From: Spirochaetia bacterium
GTDB lineage: Bacteria; Spirochaetota; Spirochaetia; SZUA-6; Bin103
Reading direction: 5' to 3'
Assembly (NCBI GenBank): GCA_965208575.1
Contig: CBDBOV010000002.1
Coordinates: 256,001-320,000 of the forward strand
Length of the DNA: 64,000 nucleotides
Shown: in pieces, positions 1-10,500 of the stretch
How positions within the stretch are numbered: position 1 is the stretch's first letter
Layout of the letters: every line of letters begins with the position of its first letter
Program-made: the position numbers and the translations under genes
The notes under the pieces: generated by a model
What the model was told of the DNA's origin: nothing
The model's input: the letters and a program-made list of their open reading frames with translations, nothing else
Databases searched by the model: none

Positions 1-630
1 GTCCACCTTGTCGACCCGGTACCGAAGCTCGTCGAGCAGGCGAGTGCTGCGTCGGCGGCACAGCCGGGCTGTCCGCTGGCGAGCGCCGCCGTGGGCGATG
101 CGCGTTCGCTGCGCTACGGTCCGGCGAGCGCCGATGCCGTGCTGCTGATGGGGCCGCTCTACCACCTTACCGACCACGCGCAGCGGCTGGCGGCACTGCG
201 CGAGGCGTACCGCGTGCTGAAACCAGGTGGCGTCCTGGTCGCCAAGGCGATCAACCGGCTGGCGTCGCTGCTGGACGGATTCTGCCGCGGCTTCATCGAC
301 GATCCGGAGTTCGTGGATATCATCCGCCGCGACCTTGCGGAGGGACAGCACCGTGGCGTGCCCGGCACCACGCGGTACTTCACCTCCGCGTTCTTCCACC
401 GCCCGGACCAACTCGCCGCCGAGGTCCGCGAGTCTGGCTTTCGCGGCAAGGGGCTGTTCACGGTTCAGGGGCCGGCTCAGTTCGCGCCGGACCTCGACGC
501 GCGCATGGCGGACCCCGCCCGCCGGGCCCAACTGCTCGACCTGATTCGGCTCGTGGAAGAGGAGCAAACGCTGCTTGGCGCCGCCTCCCACATCGCCTGC
601 GTCGCAGAGAAGCCGCCACAATCGGCGTGA
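1..630 (+). CDS. Class I SAM-dependent methyltransferase (5' end outside window)
   Basis: Frame is open from base 1 (VHLVDPVPKLVEQA...). It carries GDARSL, DAVLLMGPLYHL and LREAYRVLKPGG, typical of Methyltransf_11/25 proteins. Confidence 0.85.
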   Translation, partial: VHLVDPVPKLVEQASAASAAQPGCPLASAAVGDARSLRYGPASADAVLLMGPLYHLTDHAQRLAALREAYRVLKPGGVLVAKAINRLASLLDGFCRGFIDDPEFVDIIRRDLAEGQHRGVPGTTRYFTSAFFHRPDQLAAEVRESGFRGKGLFTVQGPAQFAPDLDARMADPARRAQLLDLIRLVEEEQTLLGAASHIACVAEKPPQSA

Positions 631-679
631 GCGGGTAGCTCACTGAACGGGCGCGCCCAGTCCCCGGCGCTCCTGAGCG

Positions 680-1525
680 CTACAATGCTGCCTCGTCCGC
701 CTCGAGCAGGCGCAGGCTTCGTTCCAGCGTGGGCACCAGCTCGGCGCGGGTGAGCGCGGCGAGATCGGGTGCGAACGGCTCCAGGGAAACGGGCCCGGCG
801 TAGCCGAGGCGGCGCAGCCGGGCAATCTGCTCGCGGTTGCCGATCGCGTCGTGGTGATCGACCAGGCCACGGTGTTCGTCCCTGAGGCCGGGCTTCAATA
901 GGTCGCGGCGCACCCCGGAGGCGTGCACCATGCCTACCAGCGAGATGTCCAGGTCGCGCTCTATCGCGCGTGCGTCGTCCGGCCCCAGGTAGTGATGGAA
1001 GGTGTCGTACACGAGCCTGAAGGTGGCGCCCGAATCGGCGATCGCGCGCTGCGCGGTGAGCAGCGAGTCGAGTGACGACTCGGGAAAGCCAAGCGGCTCG
1101 ACCAGGCCGGTGACGCCGCCGGCCGCGAATATCGGGCCCAACACGCGCAGCGACTGCACGGTGTCGGAATAGGTCCGCGAGGCGGTACGGCCGTCGGCGG
1201 GGTCGTTGTTGGGACACAGGACCACCGCGTCGCAGCCGATCGCGCGCGCCAGCGCAACGAGCCGGGCGCTCTCCGCCGCCGCGGACTCGCGGTGTGCCGG
1301 GGAGTTGAACTTCTGCACCGCGTTGATGGTGGCGACCCGCACCCCGAGGCGCTCGGCGAGGAGGCGAAACTGCTTGGCGCCGAGCTGGTCGATCTCTCCC
1401 CGCTGCGGAAGGTCGTTGCGCAACTCCACCTGCTCCAGCCCGGCGGCGGCGGCTACCTGCAGGAACTCGGCGACCTCCAGCCGGGGGCAGAGCATGCGAT
1501 TGATCGCGAACTGCTTGCGGCCCAT
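680..1525 (-). CDS. Sugar phosphate isomerase/epimerase, TIM barrel (AP_endonuc_2, IolI-like)
   Basis: 281 aa with VELRND, LVEPLGF, YDTFHH, MVHASG and SLEPF metal-ligand motifs of the xylose isomerase-like family. Confidence 0.85.
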   Translation of the reverse strand: MGRKQFAINRMLCPRLEVAEFLQVAAAAGLEQVELRNDLPQRGEIDQLGAKQFRLLAERLGVRVATINAVQKFNSPAHRESAAAESARLVALARAIGCDAVVLCPNNDPADGRTASRTYSDTVQSLRVLGPIFAAGGVTGLVEPLGFPESSLDSLLTAQRAIADSGATFRLVYDTFHHYLGPDDARAIERDLDISLVGMVHASGVRRDLLKPGLRDEHRGLVDHHDAIGNREQIARLRRLGYAGPVSLEPFAPDLAALTRAELVPTLERSLRLLEADEAAL

Positions 1526-1646
1526 TGGCGGGCAAGGTAACCGTGCCGCGCGCCGACCATCAATGGCCTCAGCGGCCCAAGGCCCGCATCAGTCGCCCGG
1601 ATTCGCCGCAAGGTGATGACAGGCGCGCCGCATAGGGCGACAATGG

Positions 1647-1671
1647 GGCCGTGCGCACGTTCAACACCGCC
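1647..1671 (+). repeat. 25-bp direct repeat over the AAA gene start; exact copy at 10738-10762, one-mismatch copy at 10825-10849
   Basis: GGCCGTGCGCACGTTCAACACCGCC read directly at all three positions. Confidence 0.9.
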
Positions 1672-3243
1672 GGGCCGGTGCGGGCGCACCGGCACTACCA
1701 GATCGCGCCGCTGTCGCGGATCGACCTCGAGGACGTGCTCGGCCTGGTCCGCGACGAGAAGTACTTCGTGCTGCACGCGCCGCGGCAGACCGGCAAGACC
1801 TCGGCGCTGCTGGCGCTGCGCGACCTGCTGAATGCCGGCGAGGTCGGCGACTTCGGCTGCGTGTATGCGAACGTCGAGAACGGTCAGGCGATGCGCGAGA
1901 ACGTGGCCGAGGCGATGCGCACCGTGCTTGCCGAGCTGGCGTACCAGGCGAGCGTGACGCTGGGCGACGAGACCCTGGAGGAGTTGTGGCCCGCGCTCCT
2001 GGAACGGGTCGGACCGGCACAGGCGCTTCGCCAGCCGCTGGCGCGCTGGTGCATGGCAGCCCCGCGACCGCTGGTGATCCTGATCGATGAGATCGACGCG
2101 CTCGTGGGCGACACCCTGTTGTCGGTGCTGCGGCAACTGCGCACCGGGTATGCTGACCGACCGGAACGCTTTCCGCACAGCATCGTCCTGTGCGGGCTGC
2201 GCGACGTGCGCGACTACCGTATCCATTCGTCGGCGGAGGATCGCCTGGTGCTCGGCGGCAGCGCGTTCAACATCAAGTCGGAGTCGTTGCGGCTCGGCGA
2301 CTTCAGCGAGCAGGAGATCCATGCGCTGACCGCGCAGAACACGGAACAGACCGGCCAGGCGTTCACCGAAGATGCGCTGGAGTTGGTCTGGGAGCGCACC
2401 GCCGGCCAGCCGTGGCTGGTGAACGCGCTGTGCTACGACGCCTGCTTTCGCCACAAGCCGGGCCGCGACCGCACGCGCCCGATCACCGCGGACGCCATCC
2501 TGGAGGCGCAGGAGCGGTTGATCCTGCGCCATGACACCCACATCGACGATCTGGCGAACAAGCTGCGCGAGGAGCGCGTGCGGCGCGTGGTGGAGCCGAT
2601 CTTGGCCGGAACCGACGAGATCAGGGGCTCTGAGGAGGATCTCGCTTATGTCCGCGACCTGGGACTGGTGGCACGGGCCGCCGACGGACCGCCGCGCATT
2701 GCCAACCCTATCTACGCCGAGGTGGTGCCGCGCCACCTGAACAACCTGGTGCAGGAGACGCTTCCGCAACAGATGGCGTGGTACGTGGATGCTGCCGGCG
2801 CCCTGGACGTGGAGGGGCTGGTCGCGGCGTTCCAGGCGTTCTTCCGGGAGCACTCCGAGCACTGGGTGCAGCGCTTCGAGCAGTACCACGAGGCGGGGCC
2901 GCAGTTGTTGCTGCAGGCGCACCTGCAGCGCGTCGTCAACGGCGGCGGGCGGATCGAGCGGGAATACGCGCTGGGGCGGGGCAGGACCGACCTGCTGATC
3001 GTGTGGCCGCAGGGCGGGCGCGAGCGGCGCTGGGTGGTGGAGTGCAAGGTGCGCCGCGGGAACCTGGAGCGGACCATCGCGGAGGGCGTGGCGCAGACGC
3101 GCGCCTACGCGGACCGGTGCGCCGCGGAGGCGGGCCACCTGATCGTGTTCGACCGCTCGCCGGAGCGGACCTGGGAGCAGAAGATCTTCCGCCGCGCGGC
3201 GCCGCCCGGCAAGAGTGCCCCGGTCACGGTATGGGGCATGTAG
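1651..3243 (+). CDS. AAA-family ATPase with C-terminal PD-(D/E)XK nuclease-like domain, copy 1
   Basis: 530 aa. Walker A APRQTGKTS, Walker B ILIDEID, C-terminal REY...GRTDLL...VVECK. Confidence 0.85.
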   Translation: MRTFNTAGPVRAHRHYQIAPLSRIDLEDVLGLVRDEKYFVLHAPRQTGKTSALLALRDLLNAGEVGDFGCVYANVENGQAMRENVAEAMRTVLAELAYQASVTLGDETLEELWPALLERVGPAQALRQPLARWCMAAPRPLVILIDEIDALVGDTLLSVLRQLRTGYADRPERFPHSIVLCGLRDVRDYRIHSSAEDRLVLGGSAFNIKSESLRLGDFSEQEIHALTAQNTEQTGQAFTEDALELVWERTAGQPWLVNALCYDACFRHKPGRDRTRPITADAILEAQERLILRHDTHIDDLANKLREERVRRVVEPILAGTDEIRGSEEDLAYVRDLGLVARAADGPPRIANPIYAEVVPRHLNNLVQETLPQQMAWYVDAAGALDVEGLVAAFQAFFREHSEHWVQRFEQYHEAGPQLLLQAHLQRVVNGGGRIEREYALGRGRTDLLIVWPQGGRERRWVVECKVRRGNLERTIAEGVAQTRAYADRCAAEAGHLIVFDRSPERTWEQKIFRRAAPPGKSAPVTVWGM

Positions 3244-3303
3244 CGCCATCGCGGTTTGCGCGTTGACCAATCGCGCGCAGCGTCTTTAGCCTGGACGGGA
3301 GTC

Positions 3304-6300
3304 ATGGTGGAAATGGAACGGACCGGGTACGGTTCTCCAACGGGCGACATGCCGCATGTTCGTCATCCGATCCATCGCCGTTTCGACGCCGAGGACCTGG
3401 TGCGGCTGCGCAGGTCGTCCGAGCGGCGGCGCTTCGCGGCTTCGCAACGGCTCGGGCGCATCGACCCCAACCCGCACCAGATCGACGCGGTGATGTTCGC
3501 CCTGCGCCGCATCCCCGAGGGCGGCTGTATCCTGGCCGACGAGGTAGGGCTCGGCAAGACCATCGAGGCCGGTCTCGTGATTGCCCAGGTGATGGCCGAG
3601 GGCACCGAGCGGATCCTCATCGTCGTCCCCAAGCCGCTCCTGGGACAGTGGCAGGACGAACTGTACACCCTGTTCGGCATTTCCGCGGTGGAGGCCGCCG
3701 ACGCCGGTTGCGAGATCACTGCCCCCGGCGTTTTTCTGGTCGGGCGCGAGTACGCGGGCAGCGCATCGGGTTCGCAACGGCTGATGGCTGCGCCGCCATT
3801 CGACCTGTGCGTGATCGACGAGGCGCACGAGATGTTTGCCGGCATCTACAAACGCTTCGACCGCTTCGGCGGGTACGATGAGAGCGGCGGCTCGGCGCAG
3901 ACGGCACACCGGGTTCGCAAGCTGATCGGTCCGGCGCCGGTCCTGCTCCTGACGGCCACGCCGATTCAGAACTCACTCGACGAACTGTGGGGGCTGCTGC
4001 ACTACGTGGAGCGCACCGGGACGCTGGTGGGCTCGTTGCCGACCTTCAAGGCGTTGTTCTGTGCCGGGCAGGACGGCCGGCGGCTGGTTCCCGAGCAGGC
4101 GCCGGAACTGCGGCGGCGGCTGACCGAGGTGGTGCAGCGGACGCTGCGCCACCAGGCGCAGGAGTTCCTGGATCAGCCGTTCGTCGGCCGCCGTGCCAAA
4201 CTCTACGAGTACTCGATGAGTGCCGAGGAGAAGCAGCTCTACGACGACGTGACCAACTACCTTCTGTCCCCGAGCCTGAACGCGTTTCAGGGTCGTTCGC
4301 GGCAACTGCTGCTGATCGGTTTTCATCGCATCATGGCGTCGTCGACGGCGGCGCTGGCGAGGAGTCTCGGACGGGTGGCGGAGCGGCTGCGGCGCATGCG
4401 TCAAGGTTCGTCCGAGGCCAACGGCGCCGGCGTCATCGAATCGCTCACCGGCGACCTCGATGACAATGATCTTCCGGAGGTCGAATTTCTTCCGGAGGTC
4501 GAAGGTGTTCCGGAGATCGAGGATGAACCGGGCGTCGAGCGTTCGTCGACGATCGACGACGAGCTGGCACGGGTCGAGGAGTTCGTTCGCCGTGCCCGCT
4601 CCCTCCCGCACGACAGCAAGGCGCTCAGCCTGGTCCAGGTCGTGCGCTCCATCGGCGAGCGGCGCGGCGGCAACGGCAAGCTCGTGGTGTTCACCGAGTC
4701 GTTGACAACGCAAGAGTTTCTTCGCGATCTCCTGATCGAACACGCCGGCCTCGAGGAATCCGGGATCACCCTGTTCCGCGGCCACAACGACTCGCCGCGG
4801 GCGCGGCAGGCACTGCGGCGCTGGCAGGACGAGGTGGGCCGTCACCTTCCGGCGCACGGTCAGCCGAGTCCGGACATCGCCGCACGGCTGGCGCTGGTGC
4901 ACGAGTTCAAGACCCGTTCGCGTGTGTTCATCGCCACCGAAGCGGGCGCCAAGGGCCTCAACCTGCAGTTCTGCGACACGGTCGTCAACTACGATCTGCC
5001 CTGGAATCCGCAGCGCATCGAACAACGCATCGGCCGCTGCCATCGCTACGGGCAGAAGCGCGACGTGACGGTGGTCAATTTCCTGGCCAAGGACAATGAG
5101 ACACAACGGCTGACGCTGGAGATACTGACGCAGAAGCTGGACCTGTTCGGCGACGTGCTGGACATGTCCGATTCGGTGCTGCATGAGGCACGTTCGAAAC
5201 GGTCGGAGGAATTGACCACCGCCCTCGGCCCGGACTTCGAGCAGCAGCTCAACCGAATTTGGGAACGCGCCCGTTCGATTGACGAGGTCGAGGAAGAACT
5301 GCGCCGCTTGCGGGAAACCATGGAGGACCGCCGCCGCGAACTGGACCGGATCCGGGAGCATACGACCGGCCTCATAGAGACACGTTTCGATGACTCCGTG
5401 CAGCAGGTGTTCCGGAGCATCGCCGACGAGCTGCCCGCTACGCTCGCCGCACTGGATGCCGACCTTGAACGGGTCGTTACCGACTACCTGCGGGCCAACG
5501 GAATCGACCATGCGAGCGAGGTTCACAAACGCCGCCGGCTGATCCGCATCCCCGCTTGCGAGCGGCTTCCCGGTGCGCTGTCGGAAGGGCTCTCGGTCGC
5601 GGCAGGGCATGCGGATGCGTTGGAAGAGTTCGATGCCCTGCACGTCGCCCATCCGCTGGTGCGGGCCGCGGTTGACGATGCCCGGCGGACAGGATCGGGG
5701 ACCTTTTCGGTGCGGTTCCGGCTCACGGAGCAGGCGCCGGAGGTGCTGGAGCGGCGCCGCGGGTCACGCGGCCGCCTGGCACTGAGCCTCATCTCCTATC
5801 GCGGATTCGAACGCGAGGATCGGCTGGTAGCGACCGCTGTTTTCGAAGATTCCGAAGTCCTGCAGCCTGCCGAAGCAGCGCTGGAACTGCTCGGCATGCC
5901 GTGCGAAGACCTGCCGGCTCCACTCGGCGACCTTGCCGTGACCCCCGCCGACCTGGACGAGGTGGTGGACGAAGAACTGTTCTTCGACCAGACCCATGCC
6001 GCCGGCGAGGAAGCCGAGGCCTTCTCCCGCGCCCTGGACCAGCTCGACCAGTACGTCGAAGATCGACTCCTGGTGCAGCGGCGCCGGCAGCGGGAAATCT
6101 CGGATCAGTTGGGGCAGGCCGAGGAACGGCGTGACGCCGCGTTGGGCGCCGATGCCCGCGGCCGGGCCGAAGAGCGCATCCGGCGCTTGGAGCGTGAGCT
6201 GAGCGACGCCGACGACCGGATCGAACGGCTCGCGGCGCGCGACGACGACGACTACGAGCGCTGGCGGTCGGATGCTCACCGCCGCCGGTACGAACCGCCG

Positions 6301-6342
6301 CGGGCTGCGCGGCTGTTCGACCTGGAGTTCGTCATCGCATGA
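3304..6342 (+). CDS. SNF2/RapA-family helicase-like ATPase with C-terminal coiled coil (start uncertain, 3304-3349)
   Basis: LADEVGLGKT, DEAH, LTATP, TEAGAKGLNLQ, NYDLPWNP and EQRIGRCHRYGQ motifs. Confidence 0.9.
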   Translation: MVEMERTGYGSPTGDMPHVRHPIHRRFDAEDLVRLRRSSERRRFAASQRLGRIDPNPHQIDAVMFALRRIPEGGCILADEVGLGKTIEAGLVIAQVMAEGTERILIVVPKPLLGQWQDELYTLFGISAVEAADAGCEITAPGVFLVGREYAGSASGSQRLMAAPPFDLCVIDEAHEMFAGIYKRFDRFGGYDESGGSAQTAHRVRKLIGPAPVLLLTATPIQNSLDELWGLLHYVERTGTLVGSLPTFKALFCAGQDGRRLVPEQAPELRRRLTEVVQRTLRHQAQEFLDQPFVGRRAKLYEYSMSAEEKQLYDDVTNYLLSPSLNAFQGRSRQLLLIGFHRIMASSTAALARSLGRVAERLRRMRQGSSEANGAGVIESLTGDLDDNDLPEVEFLPEVEGVPEIEDEPGVERSSTIDDELARVEEFVRRARSLPHDSKALSLVQVVRSIGERRGGNGKLVVFTESLTTQEFLRDLLIEHAGLEESGITLFRGHNDSPRARQALRRWQDEVGRHLPAHGQPSPDIAARLALVHEFKTRSRVFIATEAGAKGLNLQFCDTVVNYDLPWNPQRIEQRIGRCHRYGQKRDVTVVNFLAKDNETQRLTLEILTQKLDLFGDVLDMSDSVLHEARSKRSEELTTALGPDFEQQLNRIWERARSIDEVEEELRRLRETMEDRRRELDRIREHTTGLIETRFDDSVQQVFRSIADELPATLAALDADLERVVTDYLRANGIDHASEVHKRRRLIRIPACERLPGALSEGLSVAAGHADALEEFDALHVAHPLVRAAVDDARRTGSGTFSVRFRLTEQAPEVLERRRGSRGRLALSLISYRGFEREDRLVATAVFEDSEVLQPAEAALELLGMPCEDLPAPLGDLAVTPADLDEVVDEELFFDQTHAAGEEAEAFSRALDQLDQYVEDRLLVQRRRQREISDQLGQAEERRDAALGADARGRAEERIRRLERELSDADDRIERLAARDDDDYERWRSDAHRRRYEPPRAARLFDLEFVIA

Positions 6343-6370
6343 CCGGACCAACGTGAACGAGCACGGGATA

Positions 6371-7504
6371 GTGAACGTGGCACTCAAGATACTGCACACC
6401 GCCGACTGGCATCTCGGCCTGCGATTCCCCGCGGTGGCTCCCGAGCAGGAGAAACGATTGACGCGGGCTCGCCTGGAAGTGGTGGGGCGGATTCTCGACC
6501 TCGCCGAGAGCCGTGGAGTAGACGCGGTGCTGTGCGCAGGCGACCTGTTCGACGAGCCGCAGCCGGACCAGGAGTGGTGGCAGGGACTGCTGTCCGAGTT
6601 CGGGCGCAGGTCGTGGACGCGGCCGGTCGTCCTGCTGCCGGGTAACCACGACCCGTTGACGCCGAACTCGATCTATGCACCGGGAACTCCGTTCCGGCGC
6701 GGACTGCCACGCTACGTTCACGTGGTCGATTCCGATGAGTTCGAGCTGACGCTTGGGTCTGCCGCGGTCGTGTATGCGAGGCCGTGTCGGTCGCGTGCGG
6801 GTCAGACCGGTTTGGCGGCCAGCCTTCCGGCGCGTGCCGCCGGCGACGAGCGGATTCGCATCGGGCTCATTCACGGCCAGACCTTCGACCTCCGGGATCA
6901 TCAGACCACGTTCCCGATAGAACGAAACGCGGCGGAAGCGCGTGGACTCGACTATCTAGCGATCGGCGACACGCACGGTTATCGCGACGTGGAGCCGGAT
7001 GCCAAGGCTCCGACCATCTACCCGGGAGCGCCCGAAGCAACGAAGTTCGGGGAGGACGACTCCGGCCACGTCGCCGTGGTCTTCTTTCCGCGCGACCGGG
7101 CGCGACGCGCTCTGGTCAACCGGGAAGCGGTTGCAACCTGGTCGTGGCGGGAACAGACCTGCCGTTCGCTCGCGGAGCTGCGCCGATTGCGGGACGAGAA
7201 CATGAGAAAGACCGTGCTCAGGCTCACGCTGGAGATGCGGCTGCCACTGCACGAATACGACGAGGCCGTTCGTGTGCTGACGGAGTTGGAGGGGTCGCTG
7301 TCGTCCCATCCCAAGGTCGGCGTGCTGATCGCCGACCGGAGTGGGCTGCGACTCGACGCGGCGGCCGACTCGTCGCAGTTTACGAACGACTTGCCCGAGG
7401 TGCTCCGGTCGGTCGTCCGGCGGCTGAACGAGCGTGCCGCGGACGATCCGGAAACCGCGGAGCGCGCCCTCCATCATCTCTACGGATTGGTCCGGGAGCG
7501 GTAG
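6371..7504 (+). CDS. Mre11/SbcD-like metallophosphoesterase nuclease (YhaO/Rv1277-like); start uncertain
   Basis: HTADWHLG, AGDLFD, PGNHD, HG, DYLAIGDTH and YPGAPE calcineurin-like motifs. Confidence 0.9.
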   Translation: MNVALKILHTADWHLGLRFPAVAPEQEKRLTRARLEVVGRILDLAESRGVDAVLCAGDLFDEPQPDQEWWQGLLSEFGRRSWTRPVVLLPGNHDPLTPNSIYAPGTPFRRGLPRYVHVVDSDEFELTLGSAAVVYARPCRSRAGQTGLAASLPARAAGDERIRIGLIHGQTFDLRDHQTTFPIERNAAEARGLDYLAIGDTHGYRDVEPDAKAPTIYPGAPEATKFGEDDSGHVAVVFFPRDRARRALVNREAVATWSWREQTCRSLAELRRLRDENMRKTVLRLTLEMRLPLHEYDEAVRVLTELEGSLSSHPKVGVLIADRSGLRLDAAADSSQFTNDLPEVLRSVVRRLNERAADDPETAERALHHLYGLVRER

Positions 7505-7509
7505 CGGCG

Positions 7510-10500
7510 ATGTGGATCAGGCAGATCTCCGTCCGGCACTTCGCCGGAATACGCTCCGCAGAAGTCTCGTTCGGGCACGGTCTCAACGTCCTGTACGGAC
7601 CGAACGAGATCGGCAAGTCGACGCTCGTGGACGCCATGCGTGCCGGCCTGCTGCTGCTGCACGGCGCAACGGCCGCCCGCGACTTCGAGGATTGGCATAC
7701 CGATCAACCGCCGCGGGTGGAACTGACGTTCGAAACCGAGCCACAGCGTATCTGGCGCGTGCGCAAGAGCTTCGGCAAGGGGGCGGATGGCTCGAGCTAC
7801 CTGGAGTTCTCGCGCGACGGCAAGACATTCACCCAGGAGGCCAAGGGGCGCCAGGTAGACGGCCGGATTCGAGAGCTGCTGCGCTGGGGCCTGCAGCCAC
7901 CAGGCGGAAAGGGGAGCAAGAAGGGGTTCTCGGAGTCGTTCCTGGCGACCACCCTGCTGGCCGACCAGCGCGAAGTCGCCGCCGTGCTCGACCGGAGTCT
8001 CGACGAAGACTCCGACGAGTCGGGAAAAGGACAGCTTACCGCGGCGCTGCAGGCGCTGGTCCAGGATCCCGTGTTCCGAACCGTCGTCGCCCGCACCCAG
8101 GAGCGCGTGGACGAGGCGTTCACGGGGACCGGGCAACGGAGCCGGCGGCGGGGATCGCCATGGATCAACCTTCGCGACCAGCGGCAGGCCGCCGACCAGC
8201 GCCGAACCGAGATGCGCCGCCGCGTTACCGAGAGTGACGATGCGCGAACACGGGTCAAGAGATTCAGCGACGAACTCGACGAAGCCCGCAGCCAACTCGA
8301 CAACGCGCGCCGGCATCGCAAGCGCATCGACATGGCCTGGATTCGACAGCAGGCGAGAGACACCGCCGGTGCCGAAATCGCCGAGGCAGAGCGCGAACGA
8401 GGCCGCATCCATGGTCTTCATGCCGACCTGGACCAGGCCAATCGGGAACTGTCGGCTGCCAAGGAAGCGGTCAGCGCCGCCGACAAGGGCATGGAACAGG
8501 CAGCCGAAACGGAACGGCGCGCACGCGACGGCCTCCAAACCGCCCGCGATCGCCTGGCCGAGTTGGAGAGTGGCGACGCCCGGCAGAAGCGAACCATCCG
8601 CACGCAGGAGATCGAGAATCTCCGGCTCAAGAACAGGAACCGGCGAACGGAGGCCGAGCGGGTCAGGGCGGACGCCTCCGCCGTTCGAGTACTGGAGGCC
8701 GCGGCGCAACGGCTGCGCGCGGACCTGGCGTCCAGGTCACGGGAATTAACCGCCACCAGATCCCGCGTGCAGCAGGCGCAACAGCAGGACCGCAAGGACG
8801 CCGCTGAGATCAGTCGCGTTACCGAACGTACCCTGGCTCTGAAGCTGCTGGCGTCGCGCAGGCAGCTCGCCGAGATCGACGAGTCCGTCCAGCGCGCCAG
8901 GAAATTGCGTGCGGCGGCGCAGGCGAAAACAGAGCGTGCGAAAGCGCTGCGCGCGGCGATCGAGGGCCTCTCCTTGCCGGATTCCGAACAGTTGGAAAAA
9001 CTGCGCACGTTGCAGACCGAGCTCCGGGTTGCGGAAGAAACCTTGCAGGTGGGGGTATCGGTCGAGATCACACCTGCCCGCGCGCTGTCAGTCACCACCC
9101 GCGCCGACGACGGACCGCCCCGGACGGACGACGTGACTCGGCCAGTTTCGGTCGAAGCGGCCGCGCGTCTCCGCCTGGAGCTGGAGGGGGTCGGCCAGAT
9201 CGAGATTCAGGGCGGGCGCCGCGATTCCCGACAGCGAGCTTCGCGGCTGCGAACACAGTGGGCCGACGCGACCACCGCGCTGTTCCAACGCCTTGAGGTC
9301 GACGACCTGGACGAGGTTTTCGCGATGTGCCGCACCGGCGAGAACAAGCTGGCCGAGGCTGACCGACTGGCCCGCGAAGCGGAGCAGGAGTGCGAGCGGG
9401 CCGCCGCCGCCGCGTATGAAGACGCATTCACAACCGAGCGCGAGCGGGAGCGGGACCGGCTCGAACGCCAACTTGGCGCCAGTCTTGGCGAGCGGGATCT
9501 TGAGGAGTTCGTTCGTCGGTGCGCGTCCGGCGACGGCGCCGACACGGCCGCGCTGGACGACCAGCTCGAATCCATTCGCGCCGATCGTGATCGCAGAACC
9601 GGACTGATCGCCGACCTCGGGCGGCAAGTCTCCAGGGCCGAGGGCAGCATCGAGTCCAGCCGGCAGGAGCTGGACAAGCAGGAAGCCGCGCTCGAAGACC
9701 AACGCAAGGCGCTCGACGACTGCTGGGAGGCGGCTCTGGCACAGGCGGAAGCGGAACTCAATGCCCTGGGGGAAGAGGACCGGAACCTGGGGAAGGAGCT
9801 CGAAACGCTGCAGACCGGGGCGGGCAACGAAATCGAACAAGCCCGAACCAGGGTGCGGGAGCGCACGCAGCGGCTGGCGGTTGCCGAGTCGCGCAGCACC
9901 GCGCGGAGAGAGACGGTCGAATCGGCGCGGGAGGCACGCGACCGGCTGACGGGAAGGGTCGATGAGCGCGCCGCCCTGGTGCAGCGCGAGGATCTCGCCG
10001 CGGCACGCGCGCACCTCGAGGCGCTCCGCGCCAGGTTCGCGGAACTGCCCGTACCGGAGAAGGGAGTCACCGAACGGGACCGCGAGCGGGCAGAGGAAGC
10101 CGTACGGCTCCTGGCCGACGAATGCAACGCCAGGCAGGCCGAGCTGCAGAAGGCGGAAGGCGCGCTGCAACAGGTTGGGGGGCACTCCGTCCAGGAGCAG
10201 CTCGAACAGGCGGACGAGGCCGTGAAGGCGATCGATCGCCGCGAGGGCGAGGTGGAAATCGAATATGGCGCCTGGAAGCTGCTGCTCGAAACGCTTCGGG
10301 AGGCCGAGGCCGAAGACGCCGTGCACCTCGGCAAGGCGCTCGTCGAGCCGGTATCGCGGCGCGTCTCCGAACTGACCGGTGGCGCGTACGGCGAGGTGTC
10401 GATCGCGCCGACGCTGTCGACCGAGCATATCGAGGCCGCCGGCAGCAAGCGGGAGCTGTCGAGGTTGTCGGTCGGGACCCGCGATCAGCTTGCCACCGTG

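Noticed and set aside
1453-3270. Long antisense ORFs (also 3973-5652, 21513-22919, 30592-32151, 38722-39864, 55375-56655)
   Set aside because: These are shadow ORFs expected at high GC, lying opposite well-supported genes or intron RNA, with no motifs.
4471-4521. 18-bp tandem repeat in the SNF2 gene
   Set aside because: An in-frame acidic linker (LPEVEF/LPEVEG/VPEIED) with no sign of a separate function.
6784-7509. N-terminal extension of the 1314-aa ORF
   Set aside because: It overlaps the Mre11 gene in another frame and has low-complexity shadow composition. The real start is ATG 7510.
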